A DNA stretch of 62,939 nt, counting the filler, from Stramenopiles sp. TOSAG23-6 (lineage: Eukaryota): assembly GCA_900128565.1 (NCBI GenBank). It is 9 parts of 9 records of this genome, joined end to end, with 100 filler letters (N's around TTAATTAATTAA, not from the genome) between each part and the next. Parts side by side here need not be neighbours in the genome. Positions count along the whole stretch, not along the records: positions 46,468 to 54,067 come from LT636542.1; positions 54,168 to 61,757 come from LT636543.1; positions 61,858 to 62,939 come from LT639768.1; 6 more parts are not named here. The stretch is one strand, 5' to 3'. The translations under genes and the position numbers were made by a program. Position 1 is the stretch's first letter. Every line of letters starts with the position of its first letter. Shown one piece after another: positions 52,779-62,939 of the stretch. Under the pieces are notes generated by a model that had not been told where the DNA came from, ran no database searches, and was given only the letters and a program-made list of their open reading frames with translations.

Positions 52779-53229
52779 TGTAGCAACTCTAGAGTAATAT
52801 TCTAATACATACTCTGCTTCTGCTTTCTTAAAAAAATATTTAAACTACAGTGTAAATCATATTGATCTAATCTAAAAGTCTGAAGATCTTGAGTGTCGTC
52901 GAATAATCGGGAAGAAGAAGAATTAGATTCATTTTCTCGAGATTTTAGAAAAAAAAAATTTTATGTCAGCTGAGCAGGTTTGTTTGACCTTTACGTAGTG
53001 ATTTTTTTTTAGAAGTTTTTTTTCTCTTTTGATGGAACAAACATGATTTGTTGGAGTCGGAGGTTTAAACTTTATCCGAATTTCTCAGACCTGTAGCAAT
53101 CTGTCGAGCCAGTGCACACACATGCGCTCGCGTTCACACGGAGAGTTGTCTGCTAGAAGACAATAAGGGCACCAATAATAATACCACAATTCAAACATAA
53201 TCATTGGCAAGGCTAGAGTTCAATTCAAC

Positions 53230-54067
53230 ATGGATGCAGTAGTTAAATTTTGGAAAATGTGTGCAGAACTAGGCGATGTAGAAGCACAATTCAATCTTGG
53301 TATATGTTATTCTAACGGTGATGGTGGCACTCAATGTTATAAAACAGCAGTTACATGGTTGAAAAAGTCTGGGGAACAAGGCTATGCAGAAGCACAATAC
53401 AGTCTTGCTATGTGCTATTTGAAAGGTAATGGTGTCACTCAATGTTATAAAACAGCAGTTAAATGGTATAAAAAGTCTGCAAATCAAGGCCATGCAGATG
53501 CACAGTGTGCTCTTGCTACGTGCTATTTGAGAGGTGATGGTGTCACTCAATGTTATAAAACAGGAGTTGATTGGTTGAAAAAGTCTGCAAATCAAGACCA
53601 TGTAGAAGCAAAGTATATTCTTGGTAATTGTTATTTTAAAGGTGATGGTGTCACTCAATGTGATAAAACTGCAGTTAAATGGTGGAAAAAGTCTGCAAAT
53701 CAAGGCCATGTAAAAGCACAGTATCATCTTGGTATATGTTATCATAAAGGTGATGGTGTCACTCAATGTTATAAAACAGCAGTTGAATGGTTGAAAAAGG
53801 CTGCAAATCAAGGATGTAAGAACGCACAAGTCGCTCTTGCTATGAGTTATTGTGATGGTATTGGTGTCACTAAATGTTTGAAAACCGCAGCAAAATGGAA
53901 CGGAAAAGCAAAAAAGCAGATGAAAGACACAGATGATGATTTTTTAAGAGAACTCATAATCAAACAGAGTAAATCAAAATGTTTTACTTGTGGTTTAGAG
54001 GGTAAAAATAAAAAAATGCTTCTTTGTAGTCAGTGTAAGGCTGTGTCATATTGTTCAAAGAAGTGTC
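53230..54067 (+). CDS. Mirror copy of the Sel1-MYND gene (fold-back arm)
   Basis: Reverse complement of 46468-47305. Confidence 0.6.
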
Positions 54068-54224
54068 NNNNNNNNNNNNNNNNNNNNNNNNNNNNNNNNN
54101 NNNNNNNNNNNTTAATTAATTAANNNNNNNNNNNNNNNNNNNNNNNNNNNNNNNNNNNNNNNNNNNNTTCGTACGAAATTTTGTACCTAACGATTTTTTT
54201 TTGAAATATTTTTTCACAATACAT

Positions 54225-54732
54225 ACACCTCATTCTTGTACCATCCAACCGTGGAAACGTGATGCATTTGTTGTGAATACACTATGGGGTATACCAAAAA
54301 AACAGATTAATCTTGGTATTGGATTTTTCTCGTATAACCACACAGGAGTCTCTGGTGAGTTACCGTGGGATTTTCATGGTGAACCGACGTGGCATGTATG
54401 TTTTAATTTTTTTTTTTTTACGGTAAAAAAAAAATCGAATTTATTTTTTTCGTACGAAATTTCGTACCTAACAAATTTTTTTTTATAGAAAAATTTTGAA
54501 ATATTTTTTCATAATACATGGTATTTCGAAACTTTGTCCAAATATTGACAAAAATAAATGTGTTTGTAATGGAGTTTGGTTTACATCTAAATCTATGTGT
54601 ACAGAGATTGGTCGGTTTGTAAAAGAAGAAGGATTTCGTGGTGTGTTTCCTTGGGCAGCAAATTATGATAGTCCAGATTCAAAAGACTCATTAGCTTATT
54701 ATGTTGGTATGGGACTCGGTCTTGTTAATTAG
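54225..54732 (+). CDS. GH18 (chitinase-like) C-terminal exons, intron 54396-54519
   Basis: WGIPKKQINLGIGFF and FVKEEGFRGVFPWAANYD match the GH18 beta7/beta8 pattern. Confidence 0.65.
54396..54519 (+). other. Introner-family intron, GT-AT
   Basis: CAT|GTATGTTTT…TTTCGTACGAAATTTCGTACCTAAC…ATAATACAT|GGT; the internal AG is out of frame. Confidence 0.82.
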
Positions 54733-54912
54733 GGTTAGGGTTAGTCAAGAGACTAGAAATTATGACAGACCTGTTTTTTTACACAGACACGAGTCAAAAT
54801 TGAAAATTCATCTCTCTTTTCATACCTCGGATCCTCGGACAAACAAAAAATTGACTACAACTACATATAGTAGTAGTATTGGACAATAAAAAAGTTTGTA
54901 GTCATATACATC

Positions 54913-56921
54913 ATGTTTTTATGCTCACGGCGTTTTCTATTTGGTATTCACAACTTGTCAAAAGCAAATGGATATCGTTTGTTTTCAACGACTCCTATTG
55001 CATCACCTACTATTGTAAAGACAAAAGGTCGTGTGTTGCTTCTTGAACTTGATTATCGGGCGACAAATGTTGCGCCGGGAACACTTTTACGTCTCCCAAA
55101 TGGTGGAAACGCGTGTACTCTTTTTGAAATCAATGGAATGCACATTGCGCTTGTAATGGATAGTACCATACAATTACCAGAGATTGGACAAAATGTATCC
55201 ATATCAGAAAAAGTGCTTGGAGTCGATGCCAAGCGTGTCTTGAGCACAGACACACCAGTGAATATACAGAATTATTTTCAATCTATTCCTTCCAAAAAGG
55301 ATATAAAGGACAACACAGATACTAGTAGTACTACTTGTACTATTACTACTACTGATATGTACAACTTTCCTGTATTTCAAGAGCATCCAGAAGGCTCAAA
55401 TCGACAAGTTATTTCAAAACAATTTCATACTGGAGTCATTGCTGTCGATGCTCTCACACCCATTGGTCGTGGACAAAGTATGTTGATTTTAGGTCAAGAT
55501 GGTGATAGGGGTCAATTTGATATTGCTTTAGATGCAATCAGTGTTCAAAAAGAGAATGATGTACAATGTATTTGGGCTTTACTTGGTGAGAACACTTCTG
55601 ATGAAGTCACCATTGAAAATAACTCTGATTATAATGATACCAATTCTTTAGAGCATTTACAACATCGTTTATCAAAACGTGATTGTGTTTCTACAAATAC
55701 ATTTATATCAACTACAAACACATTGCCTAGTATAGTTGATTGTGATATCAATGATAGTCATCAAGATGATATTATACACGACAAACACGAAATACGACGT
55801 ATTGAAAAAGATGCTGATCGATTTGTTGGAGCTGCTGCAGCGTGTGCCGTATGTGAAAGTTTGAGAGATAATGGTAAATCTAGTGTACTTGTACTTGATG
55901 AACTCACGCCTCTACGTCGTCTTTGGTCAGCTGCTGGCGATATGGTGAATGAACATTTAAAAGATGTAGGAAAAAGACGAGCGAGTGGTGCAGAAGAATT
56001 AGCAAATCTTAGAGATTATTATTCCCGATTGATACAACGCGCTGCCTGTCTACGTCCGGATCTTGGAGGGGGGAGTATGACAATACTTGCACTGTGTACA
56101 GAAACAACAAAAGATGTTGTTGAGAAGAAACAAAGAATACATAAAAATAGCTCTATACTTGACAATGAACAAAATCAACAAAATCAACAAAATCAACAAA
56201 ATCAACAAAAACAACAAAATCAACAAAATGAGTTGATTAATATAACAAACAAAGTGAATGATTTGCCACTTGAAATGAATGATTTACTAGAGATGGGTGT
56301 TTCATCAAAAGATATACAACGTATTGAACTTCTTTGGTGTCGTGGAGCAAAAATTAATAGAAATGTTTTACAAATTTTATCCATCCCTTACAATGAAACT
56401 GTATACCCTAACCCTAACCCTAATTTGACAGAGACATTTGAAACACCTACAAAATATTCAAAATATTCAAAACATTCAAAAATATCCATGCAACATTGTG
56501 AAGAATTAAAGTCACTAGCAGATGGTCATATAAATTTAACTACAAAAATATGGGACACTGGATATCGACCAGCATTTGATGTCTCACATTCATTATCACG
56601 ATTAGGAATTACTTTTGGTACTTTTTTTTTTTCAATTTCGAATTTATTTTTTTTTGGTACGAAATTTTGTACCTAACAAATTTTTAATTTTTTTTTGAAA
56701 TATTTTTAACACGATGGGAGGTCAAGAATTAGCTGATGTTCGTCCACCTGCTTTACGTAGTGTGGCACAACCTATTCGAATGCAAATGACCGCAGCTCTA
56801 GAAGCTACAAACTCAGCGACATCTGCGGCATCGATTCTTTCACGCGAAAACGTCACTCCACAAGAACATACTGCTGCAATAGCAAATGTATTTTTTCATT
56901 ACAATTACAATTACAATTACA

Positions 56922-56955
<34 letters not shown>

Positions 56956-57362
56956 GTACATTACATTTCATACCTAACAACAAAATATCCAATCATTTTT
57001 TGACATACGGTTTCACAATATATGGTATGAGATTGCATGCATGGCGAGCAGTTATGCATCAGTATCCTACTCAGACTCTTCCTCTGGCAAGTCAAGTTGC
57101 ATTACTTAAAGCTGTTGGTGGTGGATATTTTGATTTGAAAGATTTCGTGTCACATTCTTCTTTACGAGGTGGGAAAGAGTCACCATTAGTTAAACATTTA
57201 GAAGAAGCCGCAAATGATGTGTTGGAAGAGATTGAGGAGTATGGTATATTACCTGAAAATAGTTTGCTTGAAAAGAGACTTGATGTTAGTACTCGATTAT
57301 TTTTAGCACTTTATGATGCTAATGCTTTTGATGTAGATGAATCATTTGAAAAAGAAGAATAA
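54913..57362 (+). CDS. Highly divergent F1-ATP synthase alpha-like protein (introns ~56618-56717, 56888-57023)
   Basis: HTGVIAVDALTPIGRGQ, ESLRDNGK..LVLDEL, YYSRLIQRAA, GGGSMTIL, SLADGHI, GYRPAFDV..SLSRLG; Walker A degenerate. Confidence 0.8.
56888..57023 (+). other. Introner-family intron, GT-AT
   Basis: AAT|GTATTT…TTTCATACCTAAC…CACAATATAT|GGT; joins two ORFs in frame; no AG inside. Confidence 0.75.
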
Positions 57363-57689
57363 ATGAAAAATACAAAAAAATATAATATATTATTTATGAC
57401 ATTGTATGTCAGAGTTAGTTACCCGGTACTAAATAAAATTCAGTCAATATAAACGCGAGTCACTTTTTGCTTTCTCTCGATAGTCTGTCTCATAATATTA
57501 TGTACTACAGTCGACGACACGACAATCCTTCTTTTACACCAATGATTATTATTAATGTCTGTGCATTATAAATATCAGGAATATGATTCTGTGATTTTGC
57601 AACTAAAATCCATCCTGTATACTCCTTACAATACTAACAAATTTAATGCTCATTTGCTATTATAAAAAAGAGCTAGGGCAGTAACAAAC

Positions 57690-58520
57690 ATGAAACAGTA
57701 CAATGAAAGATCTTTTGACTCCTCATGTTACAATAGAGCTGACACTCACCAGAATATACTTTTGGAAAGGGCAAGACAAGCTTCGAAAATGTTCACTCAA
57801 ATGCGCTCACGTAGAGTAGATTCTCCAGTAAATATCAATCATAATTCTCACAAGGAACTACAAAAACCTTCGAGTGATATATGGAATTTTGCCAAGAGAT
57901 CAGCTAGTTGGTTTCATCAGAATAGCAACACAAGAATAGAATATCAAAATACTTTACAACATGTTTGGACACCACCACCACCCCCACAATTCTATTCAAA
58001 AGGAATGTATCCGGTTTCTACTCAGGATAACCGTGATGTAACACCACCACCTCCGCCACAAATACCACCACCACCTCCGCCACAAATACCACAACATCAA
58101 CAACAACTACGACAACAACAACAACCACCACCACCTCCTCCATTCAACTACACTCCATCCAAACAAAATCTCCATAGGGAGAGTTATCCAGTTGAAGATA
58201 TCCCAATCGAAGAAGAAATATTAACAACAAAATCAAAGAAAAATGTATCAACAACAACAACTTCTGCACAACTGAAAATGAAACGTGAACAAATTCGGAA
58301 TAGTTTAGCTAAAGATCGAAAAGAATTTCGACGTAGAGCCGCGGAAAAACGTAAGATTGAAAAACAACATCAATTTCATCGAAATGCGACAATTATCCAA
58401 AGTGCATATCGAATGAAGATTGCACGAAAACAGTTTGCTTTACGGGTAAAACACGTACAGAAAGATTGGAAACAATTACTTTTGTATGACGTCAGAGCTT
58501 CCCTTGAATTATGCTCATAA
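57690..58520 (+). CDS. Proline/glutamine-rich protein with IQ motif
   Basis: Poly-Pro tracts; ATIIQSAYRMKIARK. Confidence 0.6.
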   Translation: MKQYNERSFDSSCYNRADTHQNILLERARQASKMFTQMRSRRVDSPVNINHNSHKELQKPSSDIWNFAKRSASWFHQNSNTRIEYQNTLQHVWTPPPPPQFYSKGMYPVSTQDNRDVTPPPPPQIPPPPPPQIPQHQQQLRQQQQPPPPPPFNYTPSKQNLHRESYPVEDIPIEEEILTTKSKKNVSTTTTSAQLKMKREQIRNSLAKDRKEFRRRAAEKRKIEKQHQFHRNATIIQSAYRMKIARKQFALRVKHVQKDWKQLLLYDVRASLELCS

Positions 58521-58648
58521 TTCCTGATTATTTTAAAATATAAAAGAATGTATATGAAAGTTTATTAAAATGTTTCAAATGCATAAATGCGCTGTTTAGT
58601 TTTGTCAAACGTTGAAAATATAATTCGTGTTATATCTATAGTTTAGTA

Positions 58649-59569
58649 TTAATCATCAACCAGTGGAATTCTTACACGATTAGTTCGATTAGTTAAGTCT
58701 CCCAATCCTTGTCTTGCTACCGGTTTACGATTTCTAACATCTGAAGAGAATACACTACGGGAAGGACGGCGACCAGTAAAAACACTACCAGTATGTGTAG
58801 AATCTGCAGAACGGAATGAACCTGTACGTCCAGCACTTTGACCTAATACACTTGTTGATCCTCGCTTATGTGGATCAAAAATACTACTAGAGCCTCCAAA
58901 GTATTGCGTAGAACCTGAAGCTGTAGAATCTGCAGAACTGAATGAACCTGTACCTTCATCATCTGCATCTACAGAACGGAATGGATTTCTAATTCCAGCA
59001 TCTGGACTTAGTAAACTCTTGAAAGGGCGGGGTGAAGTTGTAGAATCTGCAGAACGGAATGAACCTGTACCTTCAGCATCTGCATCATCAGAAGGGAATG
59101 GATTTCTAAATCCAGCATGTGGACTTAGTAAACTCTCGAAAGGGCGGAGTTTCATTCGTTCCACTGGCGTTGCTCCTGCTTCAAGGAGACGTTTTTTTAT
59201 TTCTTCGGCGTGTAATCTATCTTTTGACCACATCAATGCGGAGAGCCCCTGAGAATAATCAACAAAATCTAAATATTTTTTCGTTTCTTTTCGTGTCCAT
59301 CCTATTTTTGATTCCTCCAATAATTTCAATTCATTCAATATTGTTCTCACGTCATCCAAATTAGTATAGTGAATAGCCTTAATTAGGGGTGTCACTAGAT
59401 CATCCCTAGCCATGACCTCCCACGCACGATATTTCTCAAGCAAAGCAATAGTTGTCAACGGTAGTTGCGATACCTCAGATTCTGCAGCAGCAGGTTTTTC
59501 AAAGCCCAGCATTGCGCTGATTACAGGAACAGCCAAAAAGATTAATGATACAGATAGTAAACCTTTCAT
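58649..59569 (-). CDS. Secreted-type hypothetical protein with internal repeats
   Basis: Signal peptide; repeated RPF.SLLSP.AG.RNPF and GTGSFRSADST. Confidence 0.6.
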   Translation of the reverse strand: MKGLLSVSLIFLAVPVISAMLGFEKPAAAESEVSQLPLTTIALLEKYRAWEVMARDDLVTPLIKAIHYTNLDDVRTILNELKLLEESKIGWTRKETKKYLDFVDYSQGLSALMWSKDRLHAEEIKKRLLEAGATPVERMKLRPFESLLSPHAGFRNPFPSDDADAEGTGSFRSADSTTSPRPFKSLLSPDAGIRNPFRSVDADDEGTGSFSSADSTASGSTQYFGGSSSIFDPHKRGSTSVLGQSAGRTGSFRSADSTHTGSVFTGRRPSRSVFSSDVRNRKPVARQGLGDLTNRTNRVRIPLVDD

Positions 59570-59814
59570 TTTTGTTTAGCTTTATATATATATACAGTAT
59601 CACAGTAATACTATTTGCTAGTAGGATCTTTTAAAAAAAATAACGTATCTTACATACAAAAAAAAAAATAGAAACGGGAGACCGGGTAACTTTGAATCAT
59701 AAAAATTAAAAAAAAAACATTTTCTTTTTATACTTTGATAATTCAATATTCCAAACACGAGAGAAAATTTCATACAATAGTTCAATTCGAATTTATTTTG
59801 TTCATTAAAATCTC

Positions 59815-61444
59815 TCATTTTTTTTTGTGTGATCTACGACGAGGTGAAAAACCTGTCCGCGACGAAGACCTCAAAAGAGCCGATTTCGTTACATCTGATT
59901 CAATACCAAATCCAGAATGTCCAGAATGTCCAGAATCTAATCCAGAATGTCCTAACCCTAATCCAGAATGTCCTAACCCTAATCCAGAATGTCCAGAACT
60001 TGTCAAGGCGACTTCTTGTCCAATAGTAGGTACTTTTTCACCACTTCGTACTATATTAAATATTGGTTTCTTCCAAGTACTTACACCAGTTTTATTATTT
60101 ACATAATAATACGACAATGATTTTTCATCCCAAAACGTCGACCAATTTTTTTCTATTTTTTCTATTTTTTCTATTTTTTTCGTTTTTTTAGGGTTAGGGT
60201 TAGAGTGTATTGAATTCGTGTTATTATTGTCCTCATGCCAAACTGATTGATTTGTTGATGGGGAATACCAATACCATGCTTTTTCATATGAATCCCAACA
60301 CGATTGCCAATCATTCGGATCATCATGGTCTAAATTTGTTGTTGTACTTTTTTCAATATTATTATTTTTATGTAGTGATTGAAATGAATTCTTGGATGCA
60401 TCCATTTTTTTTTTAAGATTTTTTTCTTTCCTCGTTGGTGTGTTTAATGTTACATCAGATTGCATAGACGCAGCCCATGCTATTGATGTCGATGTAGCTT
60501 GTTTTGATGCAGATGTACGATTTACCTTTGTACTAGAAAAATCTTTTTTTTTAGATGATTTCACTGAATTAACTGAATCAGATTTGTTGATTTCATTTTG
60601 TAAATTTCGTGTTGCTTTTGATTTTTTTTGTTTTGGCTCAGCACCATATTTTTCAACTAATTGTTGAATCAAAATGTTTTCATAACCAATTGGATACTGT
60701 CTTAGAACTGCAGCAACAAAATCAGGATTTTCAAGTCTTTCTGGTTTATATTTTTTATAAATGGCTCGTACTCGATGAGCAATTTCAGATCGAGATGATG
60801 GAACAAAACTGTTAGAATCTGGTGTTTTCATATCTAAAGCCATTTTAGGTCCAATCGATGGATAAACAGTTTTATTACGTGATGAAGGAACAAAACTGTT
60901 TGAATTTGGTGTTTTCATAGTATTAAATGTAATTGTATGATTAGGGTTTGTTGAATGTGGATACACACTTTGACTATTATGATGAGATTTCGTGTTTGTT
61001 GTCTGTTGTGCAGACAATTGTCCATTCGGTTGATTCAGGATATTACTAGGGTTAGGGTTATTTGGCGTATTTTGCAAATTATTTTGATTCACTTTGTTGA
61101 TTTTCTCAGGTGTAATTTTTGTATTTTTTGTATTTTTTGTATTTGTAGTTATTTCATAGAGATTTTTCATTTCTGTTTGTTTTGATTCCTGAAAAGTGAG
61201 TCTTTTTTTTAATGTTGGATTTCGTGTTTTATCTTGTTTCACAACATTTTCAACATTTTCAACTAAAACCATTCGAGTGGTTGGCACATTTCTAATGACT
61301 ACATTAGAAAATGAACGTAAATGATTGGTATAATTAATTGTACAAATATCATGTACTGTGAAAAAAATATTACATGTATATATAGTTGAAATTCATTAGA
61401 TATATATTTTTTTTTTGTAAAAAAAACTTTAAAAAAAAAAATGT

Positions 61445-61483
<39 letters not shown>

Positions 61484-61490
61484 GAAAAAA

Positions 61491-61525
<35 letters not shown>

Positions 61526-61549
61526 TGAAATTATATTAAATGATGGTTA

Positions 61550-61584
<35 letters not shown>

Positions 61585-61757
61585 AAATTCATAATGAAAC
61601 TGTACATATTGTAAAGACGAAAGATGTTTTGATATAATTCGTGCTTGAAGCGTCTCTCCAGCTAATATTCCTTTCTTGACCACAACTTGAACTAAGTCAT
61701 CAATAATAAAAGATGTTTTATTATTTCTATAATTATATTTATGTTTTTGTGTTTTTT
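59815..61757 (-). CDS. WW-domain protein, 5'-partial, intron 61351-61605
   Basis: W..CWD…YWYSPSTNQSVW and WSTFWD…YYYVNNKTGVSTWKKP; upstream exon joins as LQY-DICTINY. Confidence 0.78.
61351..61605 (-). other. Long poly-T/poly-A intron with family-type ends, GT-AT, bypassing a CAG 5 nt upstream
   Basis: TAT|GTACAGTTTCATTATGAATTT…CACAGTACAT|GAT; use of the CAG leads to a stop. Confidence 0.65.
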
Positions 61758-61858
61758 NNNNNNNNNNNNNNNNNNNNNNNNNNNNNNNNNNNNNNNNNNN
61801 NTTAATTAATTAANNNNNNNNNNNNNNNNNNNNNNNNNNNNNNNNNNNNNNNNNNNNT

Positions 61859-62939
61859 AGTGATTTAGATCATAGTGATGATATTTTTTCAAATACAAAT
61901 AGTGATTTAGATAATAATGATGATATTATTTCAAATACAAATAGTGATTTAGATCATAATGATGATATTATTTCAAATAAGAGTTGTTATGAAGAGGAAA
62001 TTGCAGATCAAACTTGTCACAAAAAACATAAAAAACAATCTGAAGTCAATGAAATTGTTCCTGAACAAATGTCAACGTCACCAAAACCTCCCCACACACC
62101 ATGTATGTTTTATTTTTTTTCAAATTCTAATTTTTTGTTTCGTACGAAATTTGATACCTAACAAAAAACTTTTTTTTTTTTGAAATTCTAATTTTTTTTC
62201 GTACGAAATTTTGTACCTAACAAAAAACTTTTTTTTTTTTTAAATATTTTTCCGAAATACATGCCCTGCTTATGCTGAAATGCAAATACCTGCTCTCCAG
62301 TATGCAATGGCAAATTATGGAATGAGAAAAGCTTCAAAGAAAGTAATGGTACAAAAACTAACTGAGTTTTGGCACTTTTTGAGAAAGGATAAACTCATTC
62401 AAAAGACTAAAGAAAAAAAAAAAAGAAAGAAAAAGAAGAAGACTAATTTGATTTGTCGACAGAATTGTAATGTAGTTGCTCTTCCTGTACCTGATGAAAA
62501 TGGTCATATAGATGCGGTACTTGCACCTGTACGTTTTCAGTATGAATTTCAAATTTTTTTTTCGTACGAAATTTCGTACCTAACAAATTTCGAATTTAAT
62601 TTTTTTTACGATACATGTTATCCAAGGCTGTAAAGCTGGAAAAACAACGTGTACGAATCAAAGTGATCAAAAATGTAGTGAATGCAATAATAACAGCACA
62701 CGAGAGAGCAATGGAAAAATCTGTAAATGTAAAGACGGGTTTTACGGAGACTGCACCCAAACATGCACCAACAGGGCAAATTCAACTTGTACTAAATGTA
62801 GTTCAATTAATGTATGTACTGCTTTAACTTGCACTAATGGTTTTCTTAATGCAGATAATGATGCCAGTAATGGTTGTGAAAAAGCATGCACCAACAGGGC
62901 AAATTCAACGTGTACTTCATGCACTTCAAATGACACATG
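61859..62939 (+). CDS. SLX4-type SAP-motif protein fragment continuing into Cys-rich repeats (introns 62103-62262, 62529-62616); possibly two genes joined
   Basis: TPCPAYAEMQIPALQYAMANYGMRKASKKVMVQKLTEFW resembles the SLX4 SAP motif; then CKCKDGFYG and CTNRANSTC repeats. Confidence 0.55.
62103..62262 (+). other. Introner-family intron, GT-AT, with duplicated branch module
   Basis: CCAT|GTATGTTT…CGAAATACAT|GC CCT; two TTTCGTACGAAATTT..TACCTAAC units; no AG inside. Confidence 0.82.
62529..62616 (+). other. Introner-family intron, GT-AT
   Basis: CCT|GTACGTTTT…TTTCGTACGAAATTTCGTACCTAAC…ACGATACAT|GTT; opens the Cys-rich frame to the window end. Confidence 0.75.

Larger units (their letters stand above)
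46468..54067. repeat. Whole-contig perfect inverted duplication (fold-back), centre 50267/50268
   Basis: ORFs are mirrored with coordinate sum 100535; the centre is A-run GAATTTAAAAAAATTTTTTTAAATTC T-run. Confidence 0.97.

Noticed and set aside
62280-62939. Novel SLX4-SAP plus Cys-rich extracellular repeat fusion
   Set aside because: Nuclear and extracellular modules together are implausible and chimeras are common in this assembly. Unsupported without reads.

Overview
AT-rich eukaryotic DNA, probably from a heterotrophic protist (a stramenopile single-cell or metagenome-assembled genome is my inference, not demonstrated). It is not one locus: about nine size-sorted ~7.6-kb contigs are joined by artificial N-TTAATTAATTAA-N spacers. 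Two contigs are perfect fold-back palindromes and two genes (typA, EPG5-like) are split into opposite orientations, which is typical of whole-genome-amplification chimeras. Genes include an EF-hand/TPR protein, TypA/BipA, GH45, two PhyH dioxygenases, a prolyl-hydroxylase/GT60 fusion, DDX51, U-box/Sel1, EPG5-like, TrmB-like, a CNG/KCNH-type channel, NDUFA12, GPI, tandem C10, CDK20-like, Asp/Asn hydroxylase, ankyrin, Sel1-MYND, carnitine acyltransferase, GH18-like, a degenerate F1-alpha paralogue, WW and SAP proteins. The main result is a repetitive introner-like intron family of mostly 90-170 nt. Its consensus is GTAYRTTT...poly-T...TTTCRTACGAAATTTYGTACCTAAC...TTTGAAATATTTTTC..AATACAT. Reading frame and conserved protein motifs place most 3' ends at a non-canonical dinucleotide: about 18 GT-AT, 2 GT-AA and only 4 GT-AG. 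The preceding exon usually ends in the same dinucleotide as the intron. A second pervasive signal is short telomeric (CCCTAA)n tracts inserted in frame inside exons and introns. All splice calls are inferred from DNA only.
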